A DNA stretch of 64,000 bases from Octopus sinensis (taxonomy: Eukaryota), in assembly GCF_006345805.1 (NCBI RefSeq), contig NC_042997.1, positions 173,848,001 through 173,912,000 of the forward strand. Reading direction: 5' to 3'. The translations under genes and the position numbers were made by a program. Shown in pieces: positions 53,763-64,000 of the stretch. The stretch's first letter is position 1. Each line of letters starts with the position of its first letter. The notes under the pieces are model-generated. The model saw nothing but the letters and a program-made list of their open reading frames with translations. It did not search any database and had not been told where the DNA came from.

Positions 53763-54985
53763 ATTCTTTTATTTGTCTCAGTGATTTGACTGTGGCCATG
53801 CTGGAGCACCGCCTTTATGTTTCATTTTTTCTTCTGGCCCAGAACATTTTGAATATAATTGTTTTTTTAATCTCTTCTCTTGTGCTGTTGGTAGGTGATA
53901 TTTTTACTTCACCCTCCTCCTCTGTTATTCTTTTGAACATTTCCTGGAGTTCTCCCAACAGGATCTCCAGACTTTTCATTTGTACGGCGGCGACTGCCGC
54001 AAAACATTTGATGACTTGTTTTGGAGGCTGGTGAGCCGCCAAAGCCTCACACTCTTCGAGAGAGCATTTTCTCTTACTTTCTCCACCGACATTTCGGTCA
54101 AGATAAATTAGCTGAAAACACACGTACAAAAGAAAAAAAAAACACAGTTCCAAGATTTTTTTCTTTATGGCAATCAATAAGTTCAAATTCCACCTCTGTC
54201 AGAGTTGTAGCTCAATGAAGTCAAAAACAGCTGAAAAATACTTCTTTTTTTTCCAAAGGGAAAATTATATGATTCCGTTTCTTTTATTTTTCTGTTCAAA
54301 AAAATTACTTCCTTTCAAGAGGAACAACAGTTCAAGTCCCACCTCCGTCAGTGGGGGGCGGGGGGCGCAGTTCAAATAAAGAGCTTAAGACGTCTGATTA
54401 CTTTTTCTTTCAAAAGTAAATTGTAGGTTTTCCCTTTTTTCCCACAGTTCAAAAATAAATTCCTCGCAATAGGAACAACAGTTCAAATCCCGCCCCCGGT
54501 TTGCGGGTGGGCTAAATTTTAAAAAATGCACTCCGTTGAAGAATCCAATCGAATAAACAATTGCCAAATGGCTACAAAAATTTCAAGATTCCTTCCAAAT
54601 ACCAGGAAATAAAATAGTCGAACACAGCCTGCAAACAGGCAACAGTTCACGATAACAATTTTCAAGAACTGTTCGCAATAAATAACAGAGTTTCAGCTGT
54701 AAATATGACAACTCACAGAGCGCAAAAAGAAAAACACACGACCGAAGTCTTCAACCGGAAGCAAGCTTCTTTATTTCATGAAATTGGCCATGAAGGCCGT
54801 ACATAGAGGGGACAGCGCAAGTCAAAATAATTCAAGCTTTCGCAGCTCCTCATCCAACGCCCGGTGTGAAAATCGAAATTATGTTCTTGCAATTACGAGT
54901 GCAACACTCTAACCACTTGGCCACTCACCTTCACATGCAATGCGTACACACGCACACATACACGTACACACACACACGCAAACAC

Positions 54986-55050
<65 letters not shown>

Positions 55051-55418
55051 TTTAATCATGGCTATATGTTTACTTTCCGTACAATTTTTCAAAACACATT
55101 TATTCTCATAAATGCATTCACAAACTCAGAAGCTAGTGTGTATGTGTATGTTTATGTATGTACGTGTGTATGTATGTGTATGTGTGTGTGTGTGTGTTTA
55201 CATGTTATATTTACATACGTTTGTATACGTTTAAATATATATATGTGCACATTACTAACACTAACAGAAGAAAAATTTCATAATGGCATAATGATAAATA
55301 CGTATATAAATTTAATTTAAGCTGGTTTCAGCCGACTAAATTAGATATTTGAACATATAGTATACACACGCTCACACATATATGTATGCATGTATGTTTA
55401 TATATTTGTATACATACA

Positions 55419-55488
<70 letters not shown>

Positions 55489-55720
55489 ACATATATAAAA
55501 ATAAAGGTAGACGGGGAATGGTGAGAGGGAGAGTTAAAGAGAGATTTCAATGAGTTGATCTTGCCAATCTCCATAAAATGAACTTATTGTTAGAAACAGA
55601 CTTGGTATATTTGGTTTTTTATTGTCTATTGACTTCATACGGTATGGTCAGGTCTTATGCCTCTCATCTCGTTGCAAAACAGAAGCACATACACACACAC
55701 ACATAGATACAGACACATAT

Positions 55721-55775
<55 letters not shown>

Positions 55776-57040
55776 ATCATGCATTCATACATATATATGT
55801 CTGTGCCTGTATCAATATACACATATATGTGTATATATGTATATATAAATACATATACTTATATATATTTATATATATATATACACATACACTTATACTC
55901 ATGGATGTATACGCATATATATATCTATACGTGCATATATATATATATGTATATATATATATGAGTGTATAATTATTCATACATATACACACATATATAC
56001 TTAGATACATAAACACACGTATACATACATACATATGCGTAATTATATTGAGAAAGAAAAAGATATTGAAAAAAAAATAGAAAATGAAACACTTCAAAAT
56101 ATAAAAATATAACTGTTTTATTGCAAAAACGAATTAGAATTTGCACAAAAATATATTCATATCAAATACGAAACAAAAACATTTACCATAAGACTTATTA
56201 AAAAAGTGATAAAACATAAGTAAAATTGAAGCATGATACTTATTTTTTATGGCGGATTTTGTTTTTCTTGTGTTAGCTGGAATATGGTTGATTTCATAAA
56301 ATAATGATGTCCTCCATTTTGTGTGTTTAGTTTTCAAACATCACTGACTCGGAATCTGCCTTCAGTTTGTTTTGGAATATCTGAGTATGTATCTATTTAT
56401 CTATTTATTTATTTAATTATCTCTTTCTCTATCTAGCTGCGCAGTCTTTATCTCTCTATCAGAGTGTCTATTTATTTCTCTCTTCCTCTCACAATCTCTT
56501 TCTCTTTGCTACAATTACACGCTTATATATTTTCTATCTGACACGCTTACTTTCTAAGTGAGTAACAATCTCACGCATTGATACACATATTCAAGCTCCC
56601 CATCTCTCCAATTCTCTATGACACACACTGTATCTCTTTCTTCGTTCCTTCTTCTTTATCTTTCCCCTCCCCCCTCTCTCTCTCTCTCTTTCTACCCTTT
56701 CTCTGTGTCTTTAACACTATACCACTCTCTTTTTGTCCTCGTTCATATAATTTCATTCTTTCAATCTTACACAGATATTTTCCATTCATTTCTCTCTCTC
56801 CTACTCCTGTCTCTCCCTCTCTCTCCCTCCATTCTCTCTTTCTCTCTGTCTGTCTCTTTCTTTCTCTCTTCACTTCCCATCTTAATTTTGACAGTCATAC
56901 TGTATTTCTGACTACATTATCCAATGTGTCCTCTTACGAATGGTTCTATGTATGTCTGTATATACAAACGAACGTGTGTATACACACATATTTATAATCA
57001 ACTTTACAAAACGTACACACACACACACACACGCACTCAT

Positions 57041-57081
<41 letters not shown>

Positions 57082-57659
57082 GGTGCTTATATACAAGGAG
57101 AGATAGACGTCTGTGTTTCCATATTCTAATGTCCTTTGTTGAATTCTACACAAACTCTTTCACATTTCTGTTTCAAGTCTCGTAGACCATGATACTTATG
57201 GCCGAATTGGGAGTATTATTGCAGTATCGGTCGAAGTATTGCTCTTTGATGTTATGCAGATTAATACCGTCCTAATTCTATTGTTGTTGGTGGTGGTGGT
57301 GCTATTGGTTAACCTTAGATCAACCCTGATTGACTATTAACGTAACCAAATAACAGATTAAGTCTGTTCAGCGTACAACAACAAAAACAGCACTAAACTA
57401 ATGAAAAACTGCCTGGTTCTCCGTCAGTTATGACGACGAATGTTCTACGTTCTAAGGGATTCGATCAACGGAAAAGATGGCGCGCAAAATTAATGTGCCA
57501 GCGGCTGAGCGCTCCAGAAACACACGTACCCCTAACGTAGACCTTTAAACTACAGGTACAAGTAATTTTTGTCAGTTGAGCGGACTGGAGCAACGGGAAA
57601 TAAATTAACTTGCTCAAGGACACAATGTACCGCTGGGAATTAAACCCACGGATCTTTTC

Positions 57660-57973
57660 ACTTTGACCGGCAGATTTTTAAAACAATGTCTTTGAAACTA
57701 AACACTTTTAAACCTCGTATACTGGTAGTGTGTTACATAAAACATCTTTTTCTCTTGGCTTTCTTGAGAAAATTCTGTAGTTTGTAAGCTATTTCTTGTT
57801 TAATTTCTTGCATTTCAGCAATTTCAACCAATCAATGACGTCTGTTGAGGTGAATACAATATCTGCCGTATTTTGTCAACAACATTTTCTGGTAATGTAA
57901 CACACTACCAGTATACGAAGTTTAAAAGTGTTTAGTTACAAAAAAATTATTTCAAAAATCTGCCGGTCAAAGT
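57660..57973. mobile_element. MITE-like element with long imperfect TIRs
   Basis: actttgaccggcagattttt...cgtatactggtagtgtgttaca mirrored by tgtaacacactaccagtatacg...aaaaatctgccggtcaaagt. Confidence 0.75.
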
Positions 57974-58688
57974 AAATATCAAGAGCTGAATACCCATTGG
58001 TCACGAAACCACGTGCCTTCTAATAAAAATTAACGTAATGTAAACCCAAAACCTTGTAGTTGAGTAAACGTAGCTATGTAAGAAGAAAGTGTATGAAGCA
58101 AATCATTGTGAATATGTCTTATTTATATAAACATCACATATAAACAGTAATACACATACACTCACAGTGCTTTATACACTCAAGTAGACGCACATCTACG
58201 TTTATCTTATACCCATGACCCAACCGTTTCAATATACACACATAATAATATAGTGATGTTTTAAGAAAAATTTCTACAGTTGCAGTTACATCCAAGGTGA
58301 TATGAATTTTAACTCACACACTACATGAAATTATTAATATGCAATCCATTATACGCATAAACATTTATGAGAAATTGAAAGATTTCAACGAGCAAGCAAA
58401 TATAAGTTCTGAGCAAACCTATAAACAAATGTTTTCCAGTATTGACCAAGCCATTTTTTGTATCCTGTCTAAATCTACTTCCTGTAACAACACAGTAATA
58501 ATAGTATGTGATTTAAGGGGATTTGGTTGCTATTCCTGGCAGGTTGAACGATCACATAGACCCTTCCTTGTTCGCGCATTGTTGTAAGTGTTGCGTGTTG
58601 TATAGCCTCAGGTCAATCCTGACCATACGGATATATAGGGTGTCCATTAATTACATTTACAATTTAGAAATTCATATATACATGTATG

Positions 58689-58751
<63 letters not shown>

Positions 58752-59507
58752 ATACATATTTATATATATATACATAGATACATACATACATACATAGGCA
58801 CACATATTATATATGTTACAAAAAGAAACTAGAATCTACACGTGGAAATGTAAGGGGAAAGTAAGAAGAATAATAATAAGCGAAAATGCACATTGGAAAT
58901 CAAAACAAGTAAAGACTTTTTATGAAAAGTAACGATAGTTTTATACAATTAGATGAGCTGAAGAAGGAATAAAAGTAATAAAAGTCATTATTGTGAATTG
59001 TTAAAGAGATTCAAAAGCATACCGGTTTCGTGAATTTACTAATCATTGCTTTAAAGAAAAATAAGGGTAACTCAGCGCAGTTCATTGGGAAATATGCAAA
59101 TAAATAAAGTTTTATTAGAAACACGATAACACTTCCACATAGGCTCCATTAGTTGTACGCAATAAATAGATAGAATAAATTGTGGAAGTTATAAAGATAA
59201 TTTATGGACATCCTGTATTATCAAATTGGCTCTTAAAAAAGTAAAAATATTTTGTCAATTACTATATTATAGAGTGAGTTAACTCACAAAGACTAGCGTC
59301 CTATCCTATAGGGGCTTTTTTATTTCATCAAGTAAAGCCCCAAATAGATTAAACTTGCATTCAAGTCTTAAGAGTTTGCAGTTTAATTGCAGTAGTAGAT
59401 AAACTTGTTATTTAGCCTGAGATCAATGGTAATCGAGTACGTGATAAAAGGTATTCATGCCGTGTCCAACCAACTCATTTTTTCAGGCGATGTGTACTTA
59501 GGACTAT

Positions 59508-59735
59508 CTTATTTCTTTATTGCCCACAAGGGGCTAAACATAGAGGGGACAAACAAAGACAGACAAAGGGATTAAGTCGATTACATCGACCCCAGTTCGT
59601 AACTCGTACTTAATTTATCGACCCCGAAAGGATGAAAGGCAAAATCGACCTCGGCGGAATTTGAACTCAGAACGTAACGGCAGACGAAATACTGCTAAGC
59701 ATTTCTCCCGGCGCGCTAACGTTTCTGCCAACGCC
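59508..59735 (-). mobile_element. SINE family A
   Basis: Family A motifs, reverse strand. Confidence 0.85.
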
Positions 59736-60179
59736 TCTAGGACTATCTTACTGAATGCGATCGCTTTTTCTGTGATGGAACGGTATGATTTGAAGAATTT
59801 GGCAAGAATTTCTCGTAGGTTGAGCGAAAGTGTTCAACGAAAGAGCCTCTCTACACTGCAGAAAGCAACTCGATGATCCATTATAATTAACGGTGGAATT
59901 AGTATAGGTTGTGGTGGAGGTGTTAGTGGTAGTTGTACTGTTGATGCAGTCCTCGGTAGAGTTGGGAAAAGGACGGCGATACCGGTCGAAGAGTTGATAC
60001 GTTCATATTCATACCACTAGAGTGTTGGCAAGGGATGGCAGTAATAGCAATAATGAGGGCTGGTTTTAAATGCTATAAAAATCTTTTGGACGCAAAATAC
60101 CGGATTGTGAGTGACAAACAGTCGAGACAAGCATTTTTTTCCTATTGTATCTTTCAATTATTATTTCTTTAAAATTTCG

Positions 60180-60680
<501 letters not shown>

Positions 60681-61303
60681 CAGAATCGTTACAAATGCAG
60701 AGTTATATGGCAGGAAATTCTTTAAGTATTCCAATTTTTCTGTGTTTGGAGCTGAGAGATCTTAAAGAAGTGAGAAATTGATTTTTTTTTAACGTTTTGT
60801 TTTTTAACGACAGCCATAGAACGACAAAGATCGTGTCCATGAAATGTCCCTTTTTTGCAGCTTTTAAGAAATATTTGTCTTAGATCATTGGTGTGGTGGT
60901 GGTGGTGGTGGTGGTGGTTGTGGTGGTGAGGGTAGTTTGTTAGATTCTGAAAAGCTGTCGAGAAGATGGCATGAGGTAAGTAAGTTAGATACGCATCTTT
61001 ACATACCGAGTTCAAACTCTTGTCTGAAACGATATTCTTTCATTTATTCTATTACTTGTTTCAGTCATTTGACTGCGGCCATGCTGGAGCACCACCTTAA
61101 AAGGATTCAGTCGGAGAAATCGACCGCAGGACTTATCCTTCGTGAGCCTAGTACTTATTGCATCGAACACTTTTGCCAAACTGCAAAGTTACGGGGGATA
61201 TAAACACATCAGCATCAGTTGTCAAGCAACCGCGGAGTGGACACACACACATATATATATTTACAATACCTATGGTCTGTGCATATATATATATATATAT
61301 ATA

Positions 61304-61480
61304 GGGAGAATTCACAAAAAAAACATAAGACGAAGACAGCTGGTGTAGACAACAAACAGATGTATTAGCTTAACGCTCGGGATGTAAAAAAGTCTTTAAC
61401 TTTTCGAGCCTACGCTCTTCCCAGAAAGGAACACAGAAAGAAACAAGGTGAGAAAATAAAGAATGTGTAGTGGTTAACGA
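61304..61480 (-). mobile_element. Penelope-like terminal repeat fragment, homologous to 14400-14572
   Basis: Minus strand gaagagcgtaggctcgaaaagtt...ttcgtcttatgtttttt; its 3' end abuts (TA)n. Confidence 0.5.
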
Positions 61481-61794
61481 TCTATCAAGGTACTTAAGTT
61501 GAAGCACCAAGTAAGTCCGGTATTATCTGCACAGCGAGAAGTAAGGTGAATAACATCAAAATAAGCAACAGGATATCTAGTAGTGATGCAGTACGACCGT
61601 TTCAAGCGGCTCCATTTAATTGAACAATGCATTCATTATATATACAAACATATATATATATATATATAAATAATTAATAAGGGTGAGAGAAATAGATACT
61701 AATTTAATAGTATATCTATTCAACACCAAGTGGCCTAGTGCTCCGAGAAACCTGGATTATTATAATATTTTATAACATATTATAATATTTTTAC

Positions 61795-62024
61795 AAAATA
61801 AATATAAGAGAGTGGTCACTATATGGCTCACTCTAGCACCAGTTAATCCAAAAGGTTTCAACCACGAAAATACATGTTTCCCATGAAAGTCAGTACTATT
61901 GTTAGCTCACACGTGTGAGCTAACAATAGTACTGACTTTCATGGGAAACATGTATTTTCGTGGTTGAAACCTTTTGGATTAACTGGTGCTAGAGTGAGCC
62001 ATATAGTGACCACTCTCTTATATT

Positions 62025-62030
<6 letters not shown>
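61795..62030. repeat. Perfect spacer-less 236-bp palindrome within a TA-flanked insert (61669-62030)
   Basis: 118-bp arms centred on ctcacac|gtgtgag at 61912/61913. Confidence 0.92.
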
Positions 62031-62056
<26 letters not shown>

Positions 62057-63375
62057 GGGTGTTCATAACGGTTGTGATATATGCTGGTAGACTCTAGAAA
62101 GAAACGATAGACTAGTCTGTAGTAATGATATGGCAATGTAAGTAGGAGGTCATCACGGATAAAATCTTAAAATTGAAAATTACCCCTTACAGATTTTTTC
62201 CCTTCAGTTTTATTTTTAAGGTTTACACTCGTGATGATCTTCATTCCAAACTATGTCGTACCAGAACTACGAACTCACCTTGTGTTTATTTCTGGAGTAT
62301 AACAGAGCACATCACAAATATTATGAACATACCTTGGTAGTGCTTTTACCGATCCCTTGTGATTTGTATTCTTTTATGCATCCGTTTCCTTCTATATGTT
62401 GTGTAAATATGTTATAATATGATCCGATACTTACTGTTTGCCTGTCTATCCTTTGATTCTAATATATATACATACAAACATATGTATATACCATACATAC
62501 ATGCATACATACATACATACATACATACATACATACATACATACATACATACATACATACATACATACATCATATATACGTATATACGTTCATACATAAA
62601 CAAATACATACATAGAATACACACATTCACACGCACACATACACATGTACATGCGCATAAACACAGGAATAAATGAGTTTGGGTATATAGCAACGAGTGA
62701 ATTGAATAAACAAATGAAACCATTTACAAACAAATCAGCATCTGAAAGACAATCAGTAGAGTTCGAAGTGTCGTGTAGTCATCAACATGGAAGCATACAT
62801 AGGTACACTTACTTGTATGTATAGCACATTTACTAAGATACTGTCAAATGCTGGAAAGTCTAACTAACTCTCCAGCAAAAGAAATATAACGGCTTTTAAA
62901 TTGATTTTGTTCATCTATATTTCACGGAATTAATAGTAAAATTATTGGGTTATTTCTGAAAACTTTATCCAAAGAAAAAATTTTGAAAGCGTAGCCTGTG
63001 TTGTGTCTGTATCAAAAATAATTGTTCCTCTGCTACTCATTGAAAAGAGAAGGAAATTTGAATACGATGATTAATTGATGCACTTCAAATATAGACTTTA
63101 TATACTTTAAGCACAGTTTTATAGACTTAATACACAGCACTCTCCCTCTTTCTCTCTTACTCTTCGTCTTGCCCTCTTTTTCTCTCACCTTTTTCTTTCG
63201 CTTTTTGCCTTTCCCTTCAACTGATCACGTGAAAGTATTACAGACAGGCTAAGTAACGGAGAAAAAAAACAGTTTAAAAAAGTTTACATTTCACACCAGA
63301 ACCCCCTCCCCTCCCCCCTCAACTTATCGCGTGGAAGCGTGACGGAAGGGCTAAGTAACGGAGTGACAAGGTGAA

Positions 63376-63744
63376 TTATTACCTATGCCTTAGCGAATGC
63401 GGAGGTATTGTTTTCAATTGTGTTTGTTTTGTTTTTTTTTTTTGTCCTTGGACAAGATATCTCAAGAACCGCCGGATGGATTCGGATGAAACTTTCAGGG
63501 ATATTTGGGCTCGAGACTGGCACGAACTGTTCAAATTTTGGGATCGATCCGATTCGGGACAAGGATTTTTTCCGTTCTTTGACTTAATTTTTGAGAGCGG
63601 TCGGGTTCATTTTTAGTATTCTCGTTTGTGAGAGCAGTCAAGTTTATTTCAGATATTTTCATTTTAAACATCATCTCCGGCTAATCGTTGAGAGGACGTT
63701 GGTGTTGCCTTGGCGGAAGTTTGCGCTCTGTGAGTGCTCTTGTT
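63376..63744 (+). mobile_element. Helentron/HINE-like non-autonomous element
   Basis: 5' ttattacc...ggaggtattgtttt; internal ggatgaaactttcaggg...ggatcgatccg; 3' ccttggcggaag followed by hairpin gcgctc-tgt-gagtgc and TT. Confidence 0.5.
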
Positions 63745-64000
63745 ATAAGATATTTTAATATCGAAATAGCCCTCCAAGGCTATTCAGCGAGCAAGTATAA
63801 AGTAGCGTAAATCTAAAGACTTCTATCAGAGTGAGCGTGACTACATTAGAAGAAAGTGTATGAAGCAAACCCTTGTGAAAACGAATCCTTAATTCAAACA
63901 GTATAAATAAGTTGTTATACGCACACATAGAGTATACAATAATCATTTACGAGAATTCGCAAGTATTTTACACCCAAACAGACATACATTTTTGTTTATC

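Overview
Repeat-dominated eukaryotic window with no supportable host protein-coding gene; nearly all ORF-track entries are translations of microsatellites or SINEs. The SINE families and dense (TA)n/(CA)n/(TACA)n/(AAT)n tracts suggest an Octopus (cephalopod) genome (inference from pattern recognition). It contains several tRNA-derived SINE families, 5'-truncated RTE and CR1 LINE fragments, a decayed zinc-knuckle LINE ORF1, a decayed mariner transposase, TA-flanked MITEs, non-autonomous Helitron-like elements and local tandem duplications. The main result is a set of unrelated short elements carrying type I hammerhead ribozyme (HHR) motifs. These are: an ~8.6-copy array of ~403-bp units (365-3817) with 8 complete HHR cores, a ~354-bp unit with a U3-A8 covariant core inside a SINE microsatellite, a 566-bp unit present as a head-to-head inverted pair, and three further minimal or decayed motifs. 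All six have their ribozyme-sense 3' end at a (TA)n tract. This fits retrozyme/Penelope-type retroelements copied from self-cleaved, possibly circular RNA and targeted to TA microsatellites. All folds were inferred by eye; no folding or database search was run.
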